From contig NC_043000.1 of assembly GCF_006345805.1 (NCBI RefSeq), positions 52,390,001 through 52,454,000 on the forward strand: a DNA stretch of 64,000 nt, in the 5' to 3' direction. The position numbers were made by a program, and so were the translations under genes. Below are positions 1 through 14,389 of the stretch, piece after piece. This DNA comes from Octopus sinensis (taxonomy: Eukaryota). Position 1 is the first letter of the stretch, and the number at the start of each line of letters is the position of its first letter. The notes under the pieces were generated by a model. It was given only the letters and a program-made list of their open reading frames with translations, did no database searches and was not told the DNA's origin.

Positions 1-1619
1 AAGTGTTAAGAATCGGAAAAAAATGATTAGAATACAAAATGACCTTAAAATTCAGATTGCAGCAATACACAAAAGACTAATATAATATGATGTTTTATCT
101 AGATTTTGTTTGCTAATAGCATTTTCTGATATCTGATGCCTATTACATCATTAATTCGTTTAGGCTGTACCGACTTCATTTCGTTAATAAATCTTCTGAT
201 CTCTGTTTATATTACGTTGTGACCCCAAAATACTACATGTTCTGTTGAATATTTATTAGACTAGCAAACCATTCTATTAACATCTCTAGGTGAGGTTTAT
301 AAGTTCACAAATTAACCATAGTTTACAAAAAGAAAAAGAGAAAGAAACTGGATATTTTATAAATTAACTTGTATACGGTAATGTGCAGTACATTAGTTCC
401 ACGGAATACAATAGTTTTCATATACGCATATATATCTATATATCAAACATTTCACACACATATACATACTCACTCATGCACATTAACACATCTATTGAAT
501 ATCATTTATATGAATTTACGAGTGGACATATGGTTGTGTAATTATACTTTAGCTTGAATAGGAAAATATGATATTTATACAAAATATTCATACTCAAATA
601 CATATTTGCAGATTTTTAGCAAACACATAGAAAAATAAATACCCTACATCTCAATTTTCTCCCTAGTCTTCTAGCATAAACTGTTGTATGCGTATATAAA
701 TGAATGCTTATCCATTCTGGTTGTTGTACTCGCCTCTTTAAGCTATTAAATTTATTCCATTCAAAATAAATTCGACTTCTGAATGTCTTTATTTTCTCCT
801 CGAGTTTTATTTTCAAAGACATAGTTGAATAGGTTTCTATTCCATGCATACATATAACAACATTAATCATGTTCCGAACATGTAAGTATTTGTATTTGTT
901 TCCTTTCGTCTTAATTACATATTTCTTTACATCTTAATTACTGAATTTCAGGAAACTAATTATTTACATTGGTATTTATCCCAAATATTTCCAATTGACT
1001 GATCTCCCTATGTTTCGGCTAATCTGGCAAGTTAAAAAGTAATCTCTGTTATTTATAATATTTATAATGTTGTTTACAAATGAATGTATTTAAGTCAATA
1101 AGTTAATATGAATATATTAATATTCTTAAATGCATGTAGAGACACACTTACGATTTCACTCAATTATGTGCACAGGTTTTGGAATATATGCACTGCCACC
1201 TTCATAAAGATATAATAATACACATTAAGTACTTCCTTTCTCCCACATCCCTCTCCTCATACCCTCCATCTCTCTCTACCTCGCTTCCTCCGATCTGTCC
1301 TTCCCTCTCTCTCTCCCTCTCTCTCTCTATATATATATACATATATATAAATACATATACATGTGAGTGTGTGGGTGTGTGTGTACCTATATGTTGGTGT
1401 GCGTTTCCTGAACAGTGATCTGTTTTACCGATACATATATTTGCGAATACCTGTAACATGCAACAGCATGCGCGTACAAACATTCATGCATATGCATGTA
1501 TGCATGTATACACATACACACACACATACGCACACACACACGCACACACATTTACATATTTAATTTTTTTGATTTTTCTAGTTTCAGCTAATGAGCTGTG
1601 GCCATGCTGGGGCACCGCC

Positions 1620-1766
<147 letters not shown>

Positions 1767-3949
1767 TCTATACATATGCGCACATACATATGCATTTATA
1801 TGTAAACTTAACCATGAATATTTCACGAAATCTAAATCAATTTAAAATATCTATTATGTTGATTGTAATTATGAAGTTTGCAAATCAAAATTGATAATTT
1901 CATAATTATTTCATTAAATGAATTAATTTAAAATTACATATCTCCCACGCACAAGTTTTGGTAAATATTCAATTTACATGGAAAATGTTTCCGTTTAGCC
2001 AATAAAAATTTCTTTGAAAGCAGAATAACTGTTTTGTCTAAGTCTTAGTGAACATCTTTATGCCATTTACTATACTCAGAAGGTGGAATATAGCTAATCA
2101 TTCCATAATATGTCTTCATGAAAACAGCAATTACTATACAATTCAAGAATTACTATTACAGCAAGCAGCGTATCAGTGCCTAGCCCGCAAGAATTTCCGT
2201 TATGCTTTAGAAATATATGAAATGAAATATTAAAAATTCATGGCATTTGGAAGTTGTGTTTCATATAATTACTGTCTCAAAGAGAAATGATTATCATTAA
2301 TTTATTCTCCAATTTATTCCTGGGACCGTATGTAAATTTGGAACAGCGCCAGAACAAATATAAACGAACACCAAGTTCAGTAATTGTTTTCTATTATTGA
2401 GCCATAAACTTCAATAGCCTTAAAAAATTACACGAAAAATACCAGGGAAACTATATTGTATAAGAAATATAAAGATACATATGAAATATTAATCATACAT
2501 TCAAGGATCGTTGTATAACCGCTGAGCTGTTCCACGTTTTACGAGCAGGCAAGAAATGACTTTATGATAGACCTGTTCGGAAATAAGGCTCTCTCAAATC
2601 ACACGTGATAAACAAAAACAGGACACATAATATGGTATAATATTATGTGCACTATAATTGAAGGTAAACAGAGTGGATTATTGCACCTACAATGTTTTTG
2701 ATCATTTATACAAAAGGCATTGCGCTTTTGCAATAGAATAATCTCAATTAGGCTGGCCTAAGCACAAGCAACAACTTTCTTTTAAGAAAGCAAATTAGCC
2801 TTTTCTTCAGTCCAATAAATGTGAATCAAACTTGCAGCTTCCACCAGTTTTATGCAATAAAATAGGTTTTTAATTTGTGTTAGGTCTATATTGAAGCCTT
2901 GAAAATATCATTGTACTTCTTTGCAGTCTTAGATATTCTTAATATAAAGCAAAAAATCTCGTCTAAAGCAAAAAATCTCGTTTAAATTTTTGTATTATAC
3001 TACATCTATTTAATAATTAGGTTGTTTTGAAATGTAAACGGATAAAAAACTGGGTAACTGGTCAAATATCTGGCGGTGTGTAACTTGGCTGACTCATAAA
3101 AGAGAGGTAAGGGAAATAGATGGTGAGAGAGCTTTTATATGCTTAATTCGATCTGCATAAATTAGAAAACTATACTCCGTAAACTCATACTCTATTTTCA
3201 TTCCAAAAAAAAAAAAGACTAAAAAAAATAACTCACATTAGATAAATATACAGTCCTAGTTAAATGTCATAAATGTCATAATGATCGGATGGGAAGAACT
3301 TGATTGTTTATCATCATAGGTCTATGGCATGGGATATATTTTTATGTTGAAACATACCAATTCCAGGTAATTATCACACATATCTCTTAAATGGCTTTGT
3401 GCAATAACTTAAATTTGGAGTCACAGATTAAAAAAAGAATCGCTACTGTGAAGATGAGCAAAGCAGTTAGCAATAGCTACCTGCGTTAAATTATCTACTG
3501 AACTTCACTTGATAAATGAGATGTTAACAGCTCTTGTATAGTGTTTTTGAGAAATGCGTGTTTTAGTGTTACTAGCCCCTAGGCAACTTATATCTCGCCC
3601 AAATATTTCCAATGCTTTTGGTGAACGTTATAGTGTAAGAGCCAAATCGCAAGAAATTGAGAAAATCCAGTGTATTAGAATTCAATGGGTCCAGATTTTA
3701 CTTCTAAATGAAAAATTTGCCGCTTTGAAGTGAAATTAATCATTTCAAAACTCGAGCTACCTATTTCAAAGGGACAATAAGGATTTCAGAGTATAATTAA
3801 CATAAAGAATGCTGATTTAACAGAAATAAACGTAAAAAATACCTAATATCACTTCTACACTATATAAATTTGCCCAGTAAATATTACCTTTTCATCATTG
3901 GAGACCCCCACCACCAAAAAAAGCATTGCCTTGTGGAGCTTTAGTGAAA

Positions 3950-4570
3950 ACCAATCGACTCCACTAGTATTTATTTTTCTTTAAGCCTGTAAGTTATCCC
4001 ATCGGTCTCTTTGTTCAAACCACTAAATTGTGGGGATATATACACACCAACACCGGTATGAAACCGTGACTGGTGGACAAACACACAATGACACCCATAT
4101 ACATATACATACGTACGTACATAAATACATGCGTACATACATACATACTTATGAGGGAGTGGTAAAAAGTTCCTGACTTAGGGTAAAAGAAAATAAAAGA
4201 GGGTCAGTTAATTATGATTTTGTTCAACATATTCCGCCCTCAGATTCACACTTCAAATAGCGGTCCTTCATTTCTTTCTAAGCCCTGCAAAGACCACGGA
4301 AGATTAGGCCTCTAAACAGGCCTTTCGCGTAACTATTAAAGCCAGGAGATTCTCAGTACCCCGTCGCACACACATACACAGACACACACACACACACACA
4401 AACACAATCGACGGGCTTCTTTCATTTTCCGTCAGGCAAAAGCACTCACAAACCTTGGTTGGCCCGGGGATATAGACTATAACAGGAGACGCTTACCTAA
4501 TGTGCCACTCAGTGGGACTGAAAACAGAACTGTGTGGTTGGCAAGCAATAATCTTCACACTCACTCGCAC
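3950..4570 (-). mobile_element. Degenerate tRNA-derived SINE family A copy, split by a mariner MITE
   Basis: 3950-4100 and 4400-4570 match the two halves of the intact copy at 31467-31892 (e.g. atcggtctctt..., gacgggcttctttc..., agtgggactgaa...). Confidence 0.8.
4150..4368. mobile_element. Short mariner-type MITE (~220 bp)
   Basis: Degenerate TIRs tgagggagtggtaaaaagttcctgactt vs (rc) cgacggggtactgagaatctcctggctt, 18/28 matches. It sits in the TA/CA tract of the SINE. Confidence 0.6.
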
Positions 4571-7500
4571 CTTGGAGTATTGATAATATATGCATGATTG
4601 CATTACCGTTATATAAACAGCTCTAAAACAAACGTAAATCGCATTTAAACGAAGACCATGCGATGGATTAGCTAGTGCCTCTGAACCTCTTTACTTGCTA
4701 TCTGCTCACTACTTCTAACGTCATTTCCATTCTCCATGTGGATGGGAAGCACCAGTATCTTGCAGGGAATATTGAATATTTAGTATGGATTTTATGGCGG
4801 CTATATCATGGCTAAATACTCTGGCAGACGTTTCAAAACAATTATGAATATCTTGACAGGATCGTGTTTATATTAGAGAATATAAAAACAATAAAAGAAA
4901 AGAAATGAAAAAAGAAAACACTGCTTAGCGCATAAATAGTGAAGTCAGTTTTAATTTTGTTTAAATGTAATATGCTTCCGTAGAAATGTTTATCTCACTT
5001 TGAATTACTTTGCTCTTACTAAGAATTAGAAATAATTAACCACATTGCTATTGTTGTTAAGATCCAATCAGTACTGATTAGGTAGTCCTTAGCCTTAGTA
5101 ATCTTGTCTTATCTTTAGACACATATTGTCTAGGTTTACATTATTCCTTGTAATATTCCCTTTCAAGGTGGTAGGATATAATGTTTAGACATTCGTTCAG
5201 CTACTGATACTTTCATGTCTTGCGACCAAATAGGATCACTTTTGTCGATCCATAGAGTGGATTTAGCACATGGTGAGATATATTCCAATTTACTTCCGTA
5301 ATTAATACCATGATTGTCTTTGTTGAAGCTTAATCCTGGTCATAGCTGATTGATCAAACTAATATCGTTTCAAACCATGGTTACCTTCCCATTTTGCATA
5401 GTAAAGATTATCCCACGAATTCTTCCGTTTATTTTTTTTTACAGATAGCTTATAGTTATTTCACTGTTATTTCTATACTTTTTCTGTCTCATAAAGTGAC
5501 CACCAAAAGACTCCTTCGCTAGCTCGACACTATAAATGTTGCGTAGAAAGGTACCTTCATTTCAAAATCCAATTTCAGTTTTCTAGCCAAAGGTGATCAA
5601 AGCAAAATTAATTTCACCTAGACAAATATAGATATTTGATATGAATTTCGTAGACTAATATGCTCCTTAGTTTTAAATGTTGTCTCACTTGCTTCTCATC
5701 ATCGTTAAGGATTATTCTTTTCTTATGAGTGTAATTGAAGTGAATGAGCGTCGATTATCGTTCACTAGATTAAATATAACAGCTTTTACTTAAAAATTTA
5801 ATATCACATAAATACATCTGGGAATCAACATTATGAATTAGTTTGAAGTACGTTTTCCTTCATAGAAATATGTTTTCCAATATCGATACCATGTTTTATG
5901 TTAAAACACAATGAATTGCACATCTATTCCTGTGCTGAGAGAGATCATGTAGAAGAGAGAGAGAGAGAGGTGTGCGTGCATGTGTGTGTGTGTGTGTGAA
6001 ATATGTATCGAGAGAGTGCGTGAGTGAGAGAGAAAAAGAGAGATTCATTAAACTGACATAACCTTTGCTTGGGATAAAGTCTATTTCGCTGTCAGAACTT
6101 CCACGAAATTTCCTTCAAAATAGAGAAGTGTTAATGAAATCTTACGAACATGTGATAAACAATGTCTCCGTAAACGTTTTTCGACTAAAGCATTTTACAT
6201 ATAATATACTGAATAATAAAAAAACTAAATGTGTCTATAATTAAGTTTACAATTTATATAACAATATAAATGAATATTCAGATATTTGAAAATTATTACC
6301 TGAAGGATAATTTTATAATGGCTGCTATAAAACCTCTATACCATATGCGGATAATAATTTTCTGACAATTACTTAGACAACTATGTCTACAAAAAAGTAA
6401 GCGCAATTTTTGAAACAGTAGAAACATCAATAAAAACAAAACAAAACAATTTGTATCTTATCAAATATTCAGCCCATTGGTACTAATAGAAAATAAATAA
6501 ATTGTTTTTAAACACGAGCTATATTGATAATCCTATCATCAACCCTTCACGTTTTGCTTGAAACTTCGAAGCTTATCTCCTCCAATGTCCTTACATATAT
6601 TTGAATCTTTATAATAAAGAATTATATTTCTCTAAAAACCTAAATGGTAGATCGTATTTCATCGAAGAGTGTTGTCTTTATATATTATGTTAATTTTATA
6701 TGTACTAGTAAATTTGAAATGATGCACTGTTATATTTAACACATGGCATTACAGAGATATTAGTGCGAACAGAACAATAAATAACTGGCAAAATTTACAG
6801 ACTACACGATACTTTGTAGGAATTAATAAATTCAACCAAGTTTAAATGTATGTAAAAAGAAATAAGTATTGTTTAAGCCTCAAAGAGAATGTGAAATTAG
6901 GTTCTAATAAGAATTGAAACTATCTCTCTTTAAAAGAGGTTTCTACACCAGGATACAACAGAAGTACATTTTCTGACTGTTATAAAGAACGCATGTTAAT
7001 ATCCATTGCAGCAATCAAATACTTTCGAGCAACATTGAACGAAGGTTTAAGTAAAGCAATATTAAACAAATGAAATAGTTGATTGATGTAAATACAACAA
7101 AAATATTTTTTAACGATTACTTCCAGATATATTTCTAATCGTAGAAATATTTCTTTCCGATTATCTACGAGGTCAACACTAGTAGTACAGACTTGTGTTT
7201 AAAAGAATTGCAGTCATCAGTATCCAGTCGTTCTTTATGATTATGGCGAACCTATGACTATATTATCTAATGCATCATTTGTATTTTCATGTAAGTAGTA
7301 CATAATTTAAGTGAAACATCGTTGCTATAACTACCAATCAGTGTTACAAATTACGATCGCTTTCGTTGGCTCTATACTATGGCGGTTGACATTTAGTACC
7401 AGATTAAACTCGACCGAACAGTTTGAAGTGGATTGCATGTATTATCGCTAATCTAATGCGTCCTAACCGCGATCACCTTATCATATTTATAAATGGATTA

Positions 7501-8237
7501 ATAGTTTCTATCACATATCCTTCATTGTGTACTATCCAGTTTGAAGAGATTGGCTTACTACTTCTGCTAGATTGAGCGAGTGATCGTGCTGAGGTTACAA
7601 TTGCTAATGGAGGTAAAACATGGTTTCCATACAGCAATAATATATTACATGTGAGTCAAAAATTGCTTCAAATGGATATTGAACCTAGGTTTCGATTTAG
7701 ATAAATGTGGAACCTAACTAAACTATTCATGAAATATTGAGCCATCTTGAAGAATAATATATCAGGTTCGCTGGTGTTGCGGATCTCATTCAGAGTATTA
7801 GGGCTTCTTAAGTGTCATAAATATGCTTGGGCATTGCTGAACCAAGATAAGTAGCGACCTTCAATAATAATATTTTCAGTTAGTTTGTCGCAAAGAATTG
7901 TACAATTTACATTCCGATGTTAATTGTACTTATCATTTCACGGTGTTCGATGTCAAATTTGTTTTTCATCTCTCTGCGGTGGATAAATATAATACCAGTC
8001 AAGTAATGGGATCGACAGCATCACTTTCTTCAGAATTACTGGCTTTGCGGCTTAATCAGAAACAATTATTTCTAGATAGTTTAGCAGGTGAAATCCATTG
8101 GAACAACAGACAGCATGCATTATTCTGATCTTCCTGTCTCTTTGTGCATTGACTTAAATTCCCACTTAGGTCTATTTTGCCTTTCATACTTTCGGAATTG
8201 ACGAATAACGTACAATTACAATACCGGAGCATCCTTG

Positions 8238-8271
<34 letters not shown>

Positions 8272-9179
8272 CATCTCTCTCTCTCTCCCGCTTGCACATC
8301 GTAGACTACATGGACGCCTAAAACAAGTACCGTGCATACTACAGAGTCGTATTTGTTTGCGAGTGACAGCTGTAGATGTAGTTTAGGTATTAATTCGTCA
8401 CTGTATAGATCTGTCCATATATTTGCACCCTGTTACTGCTGAGAAAATTGGAGTATTTTTCTGAATTTATTTTGTGCTATAAAAGCCTAGTGTTAAGGCT
8501 TAATGTCAACACAAAGTTAGCGTTAACGGTTACTGTCAACACCAAAATTGCTTAATATAGGGAAAATTACAGTGATATTACTGAATTGATTTCAACTCTT
8601 AATCCTATTGGGTGGATATAAATATTGGCAGGTGCAATAACCCATTTGTGGCTTCATCTATTTCGCAAGTTATGTAGATATTCGAATACCTAAGGCTTTA
8701 CATTCTTCATTAAACACTAACATTAGAAATATGCTAGATTTGCATTACTCTTGGCCTAACATTCTTATCCGAAAGTAATTTGTTTTCGGTAAGCGATTTT
8801 CATTTTACTGTTTACCGAAGTCTTACATTCGCCAATTAAAAGTTCACGAGGCTGGTTTGTAACTCGGCTATAATCTGATAAAAGACAAACTTCTTTATTT
8901 TGTCCTACGTGACTGAAATGAATTAAAGAAAAGTTTGAAGTGGATTACGTGTGTTATCGCTCATAGTAAAATAAGATAATAGAAATGGAGAATCATTATT
9001 GTACGAACATATCTACTATAATGAAAAATTGTTTCATTAATTCTACGCAGCAAATTTGTAATGGAGAAGTAAAACCGACAGATAGACCTCAGGTTGTATT
9101 TGTCTCTTAATAGTTTAGTCCGGCGTGTTGATTGACAATGTGGCATTAATAATGCCTCTGAGATATGCATAGTCAAAGT

Positions 9180-9410
9180 AGTTCATGTTTGTCTAGAAGT
9201 CGATGGCTGAAGAAAAACATGAGTAGGTAGGGAATTCTAGAAGACTTACTCTTTGGGTAAGGAAAATTGAAAAATGTGTTTGGTGCAAGGCTTGCATGAT
9301 TATAGGCACTTGAGTCGGTGGGATGAATGTCGATGACATGAAATAAATCAACCTTGTGATACAAAGCCCAATATAGTGAACTGTAGAAAAGAGGCAGGGT
9401 GCGGCCCATA
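9180..9410 (-). mobile_element. Possible very degenerate 3' fragment of a LINE ORF2
   Basis: Minus-strand translation gives LPLFYSSLY..., weakly like the SLFYRYY region near the C-terminus of CR1/Jockey-type ORF2. No catalytic motif is visible. Confidence 0.25.
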
Positions 9411-10109
9411 AGATGAAGTTGATTGGTTTGTTGATGAGTAACCTATTGCTTCACATTTGAGAGGTATTTATAATAAACTTCTACTTTTATCAAAAACGGT
9501 AACAAAGACCTCGTTTGTAGCGGATTTTATCATATTAGAAGGACGAAGCTAAATAATATGAGCTAGCTAATTTCCAGACAGAGATATTTGTAAAAACCAC
9601 TATAATTGAATATGTGTAGACATGTTTAAATATGAATTCCAGCTTAATGAATAATATATTCCAAAGTTTTGGAAATGGTGAGAACTAATAATATATGCAT
9701 TAGGGAAATATTACTTACAGTGTAAAGAAAAGAAACTAAATTTATTCTGATCGATTCACTATTGATTTGTAATTAGGTCCGTACTCATTGACATACTGGT
9801 GCTTGAAGTTATTAATACATTCTTCACATAATATTATAGGTACGGTAAGAAAGGATAAATTTTAATAGAAAAAGGCTGCAGAAAGTTTATGTAAAATGGT
9901 GTAATGAATTTATTAGCAGACTTTAATGTAAGTTATTTTGTCTGCTGCCTACGCATGCAAAATTCATCTTACTCATATTTATTTATACATAGGTGATAAA
10001 ATATTCTATTTTTATGCAATTTTTCATTGAGTGATACATACAGCTGTATATATAATACAACTGTATAATATATACTGATATTCTGGTGTCAGATTCATTA
10101 AAATAATTT

Positions 10110-10633
10110 TCTTGTAGGTTTTTCTATATGATTTATATTCGACAGATATTTGTCCTCATTTTGTTTGTTGTTAACAGATGTCTTCGGGAAATTTCGAACC
10201 TGGGTTCTCATTCCTAAGATATTTTTCGTTATTATTATTATTGTTATTGTTCAGGTCACTGCTTGGAATCGAACTCGGAATCTTGGAGTCAGTAGCCCGC
10301 GCTCTTAACCACTACGCTATATGTCCGAGGGCAATTATCGAGTGAATTTTAGGACTTATAAATCTAATATTTTTCTATCCTTCCTTAATACCGGTTCCCA
10401 TATGCTTAAGGAAGGATGGAAAATACTGGTTCCCATAGAAAGGAAGGATAGAAAAATATTAGATTTATAAACCCAAAAATTCACTCCATAATTGCCCACG
10501 GGCATATGGCGTAGTAGTTAGGAGCGCGGGCTACTAACCCCAAGATTCCGAGTTCCAAGCAGTTACCTTAAAATCATCAACAACAATAATAATGATGACT
10601 ACCTTAGGAATGAGAATCCAGGTTCCAAATTTC
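10110..10633. mobile_element. Fold-back pair of tRNA-headed repeats
   Basis: Inverted arms 10188-10386 and 10440-10633. The minus-strand arm has an A box (TAGCGTAGTGG) and B box (GAGTTCGATTCC). The plus-strand arm has a damaged B box. Confidence 0.85.
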
Positions 10634-10642
10634 ACTATGACG

Positions 10643-10677
<35 letters not shown>

Positions 10678-10680
<3 letters not shown>

Positions 10681-11254
10681 GCGGTCTGATCAATAAATAT
10701 CCCAACTGTTGCAAAAGTAAGGAAGGAAAGTGTATAGCGTGTTATCGTCGCTTTGATCATGATACAGAAAGTTAAGCAGAGAATCTGCATTAAATTTTGC
10801 GAAAAGCTTGGCGATACCTGTTCAGAGCATATGTAAGGTTTTCAAAACGTTTTCATCGTTTTCGAGACAATCAAAGAGATCTTATACAACTGAAATCCAA
10901 GTTTCAACTAAAGGCAGTTTGGCACAAACGTTACAGACACGCCATCGTGGAAACATCTCAATCACACATACGCTTGTGTGCGGCCCATACACTCCACTCC
11001 ATATATTTTCTGCAAGTTTGCATAGGCGCCTGAGCAGGTATCGCCATGACAAGTTTTTTTCTGTCCTGGTCAATGCGAAGTCACACGCTACACACCTTTC
11101 CAAGTACTGCTGTAAATAGCGGAAGTGAGTTAGAACGTTAAACTTAGTGTGCATGCACAAGTTCAAGGTCAGTTTGCACCCACCAAATTTATTCTGAGGG
11201 CTTTAGCTTCGGTTCTATGGCAACGGACCTGATACTTATTGATCAGTCCTCGTA
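10678..11254. mobile_element. Mariner-derived MITE with long inverted arms
   Basis: TIRs tacgcggtctgatcaataaatatc / (rc) tacgaggactgatcaataagtatc with TA flanks. From 10759 it reads MIQKVKQRICIKFCEKLG, a mariner transposase N-terminus. Confidence 0.9.
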
Positions 11255-11264
11255 TATGTGTGTG

Positions 11265-11480
11265 TCTTTGTGTCTGTGTTTGTTCCCACTCCCTCATCGC
11301 TTGACGAACAGTTTTGGTGTGTTTACGTCCTCGTAACTTTACGGTTTAGCACTGAGACCGATAGGAGAAGTACTAGGCTTTAGAAAATAAGTAAATGGTG
11401 TCACTTTTATTGATTAAAACTATTCAATGCGCTACACCTGCATGGGAGCGGCCAAATGACCGAAACACGTAAAATATAAA
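11265..11480 (+). mobile_element. 3' half of SINE family A
   Basis: Matches the reverse complement of 31467-31680 (tgtttacgtcc.cgtaact, gagaccgatag, aagtactaggctt). Confidence 0.8.
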
Positions 11481-12789
11481 AGAATATCGACACATCTACG
11501 TACAACCCCAGTAAACTGCTGTTGCTAGTTGGTATCATTAGGTTGTAGCCTACATGATAAAATAGCTTTTATGTATGTACTGAAAAAACGTTTACTCAGA
11601 TATATATATATATATATATATATACGTGTGTGTGTGTGTGTGTGTGTGTAGGTGTGCATATGTTTTCGATGTATGTAAGCGTACATACACACACATATAC
11701 ATATAAACATATATAAATATATATGTATATATATATATATGTATGTATACACACACACACAAACACTCACACGCACGCTCACACACACACATACACACAC
11801 AAACACACACACACATACGCACACAAACACACACTCACATACACCTACATACATATCCACACACACACATATGTTTGATATAATATTTTGAGCAGTAAAA
11901 CATACTTAAATATCTGTAGCTGCTGAAATTAAATTACATTGAATATATAATTACTCCAGGTGCTGGGCGTCAAGATCATTACAAACGCTTGGAGGTATTC
12001 CTGTCTTAAGCAAAGTAACAATTATGTATGTGTTATGCTTTGAGATTTCTTTAACTTCTTAATGTAGTTCAACACAGTCACTAACGAAGTGCAAAGTCTT
12101 TTTGAGTTAACACTATTTCGGGCTTGTAAATATATGTTTGAGCTGGTGTGTGTATTATGTAGATGTGCGCTCCTTCACTTATATTCTGTGTGAAGATGTC
12201 TCTCTAGTGCTCAGATCTTTGTGCATTTCTGTGTTTGTGCCTTTCTGTATGTGTGCATGTGCATCATCACTTTATTATATATGTGCCTTCGCAGAAGCAC
12301 AAAACAAAATTGTGCAAATATGTATATAAAAGATCTCAGATGAAGAATGTTTGAAATATCAAATTTTCCCTCTGTCTTAGTTAGATTAAAATTGAAGATG
12401 CGAGTCAGTTTCTATTACTTTTTCTTAGCAAATCCCAGCATTTCCAAGTTTTTGTGTAAATCCGTAGTTTCCTGCACTCGTTTTCCTGAACTTTTGATGG
12501 TCCGTTCACACCCGCTAGACAGCGACCTGATCCACAGAACAATCTTAGGTCTATTGTGTTTTACTTATGATTGCCGTTTTTATTGATTATTTCACCAGGA
12601 CGTGTGACGGAAGATCTTTGACTAAGACACTAACGTGATAATAATAAAACTGAAGTGATGACCAAATATATAGTATGTGTTTGTTTAATTGGGAAAATAT
12701 GACCATGACCTAGTATAACAATATAGAAAATATAAATTTATTAAAAAATAGCTTACAAGAAGATAGATATTCATCGGATTTTAGCAATT

Positions 12790-14130
12790 TTGAATGCTAT
12801 GACTGACATCAACGAATCATTTCACTCCATCTACGATAATTATAGTTGTTGCCCATGGTGTTTTTACTGGATTATTTCGCCAATATTACTGTTTTTAAAG
12901 TTGTAATTATAATCTTGCTCTGGCATGCTTTTGATGCATCTATCATGGTAACCCTTCCTCCGGATAGCACTGTAAATGTATTTTTGTAACTATACCATAT
13001 CTCAAGCATTGGTAATATCTTGTAAACATTTTGGAGCAGCTACTGATATTGTAGGTGATATCTTCCACACAAGTATACTATAACCCCCATTTTTTATTAC
13101 ACCCCAGATGTTTGGTGGCTTTGTTGTCTCTCTTGTTTATCTGGTATTTAGAAACTGTCTCTGTACGTGGATAGTGAAAGCCTGTACTCTTTCTGACAAT
13201 GTTACAGTCATTCTCTAACATGCAAGATTTGTTCCTTGATTTGTAATTGATTTCCCTTCAAGTTTCTCTTTAGATTGGTCAATCCAGTTTCGTATAGATC
13301 ACGTGAGACTGTTGTACACTAAGATATATATGTTCAGGAGTTCTTTCCCTACTCCGAAGACGTTGTTGCTCTAACTTCTGAGTACGCAGGTAATGTACTT
13401 TCCTTTTCTTTGTTTGTTTATTTGTTTCTTTCTTTCTGTCTTTAGTCTCCACTAGTTGTTTTCTGAGTGAGACAATACAATACTGAAATGCCGTTTGGAT
13501 TGACCTTATGCCATTACCACCATCTCTTCTCACATCGATCTTTTCAGTGTCTTCGTTGATTTTGATGTTGCCAGTGGTGGTCAATATGTTTGTAATTTCG
13601 AAGTCTAGACTGCGGATCTCATCATATCTTCATTGTAATATATCAAATGTTGGTACAGGCTCTGTTGCTACAAAAGCTTTAATAGAAGACAGATCTGTCT
13701 AATAATTGTATTCTTTGGTTTCTACCATTTTACTCTTAGCACTAACATATACAACATCTTAATCAATTCCATAATACTTTTAGTATTCCTCATTAGAAAC
13801 GGGGGAGGTAGATACACGCCACTGGTGTTAAGGCTCTCTGACTGTTTGACAAACTTTTTGTGGTTGACAATCAAGTATGAGCATTAACTTGCCTGAACTC
13901 CATCCCTGTATCCAGTGAGAATGTTGTGACAAGTTCGTATAAATTTTTTCCCGTAACGAAGTTCATCAGTTGCCACTCGTTGATTGTATTTTCTCTCAGT
14001 TTGCGTCGGGATCGTTCTTTCATTATGTCTGCTGCAGCCAAGGTAGCATAACGTATAAGGCGGGGATACGCCCTAGGAAGTCCCTTTTTCTTGAGAAAAG
14101 ACATAACTGACATTATATTAACGATCCTAC
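12790..14130 (-). pseudogene. Decayed RLE-type non-LTR retrotransposon (R4/Dong- or NeSL-like): RT C-terminus, thumb, CCHC and endonuclease remnants
   Basis: Fragments ELVTTFSLDTGMEFRQ (cf. FS.DIGM.FG..KC), KIDVRRDGGNGIRSI (cf. RLYLPRKEGGRGL) and EDITYNISSCSKM (zinc finger). Many stops and frameshifts. The clade assignment is from motif recall. Confidence 0.65.
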
Positions 14131-14357
14131 AAATATCACTTCTTTGCAGTTAAATTCAGTTTCTTATCTTCATTAGAAGTCAGTTTATTCCCACTTCAAG
14201 AAAAGTTAATTTAAAAATGGCAGGTCTTCGTTTTCTATGTTATTTAAAATAAATATATGTTTATACACCGAAAAATCCATACATACATATATACATAAAC
14301 ACACATACACACACAGAGATACAGAGACACACAGAAAACACACAGATACACACAGAC

Positions 14358-14389
<32 letters not shown>

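Noticed and set aside
2945-2982. Short tandem duplications of 18-23 bp (also ~32199-32234 and 56566-56611) as CRISPR-like or regulatory arrays
   Set aside because: Two adjacent copies with no spacers; ordinary slippage duplications in a eukaryotic genome.
8034-8087. Apparent 54-nt exon with AG/GT boundaries (LLALRLNQKQLFLDSLA)
   Set aside because: Mostly overlaps the degenerate 3' tail of SINE family B; the splice-like sites are probably coincidental.
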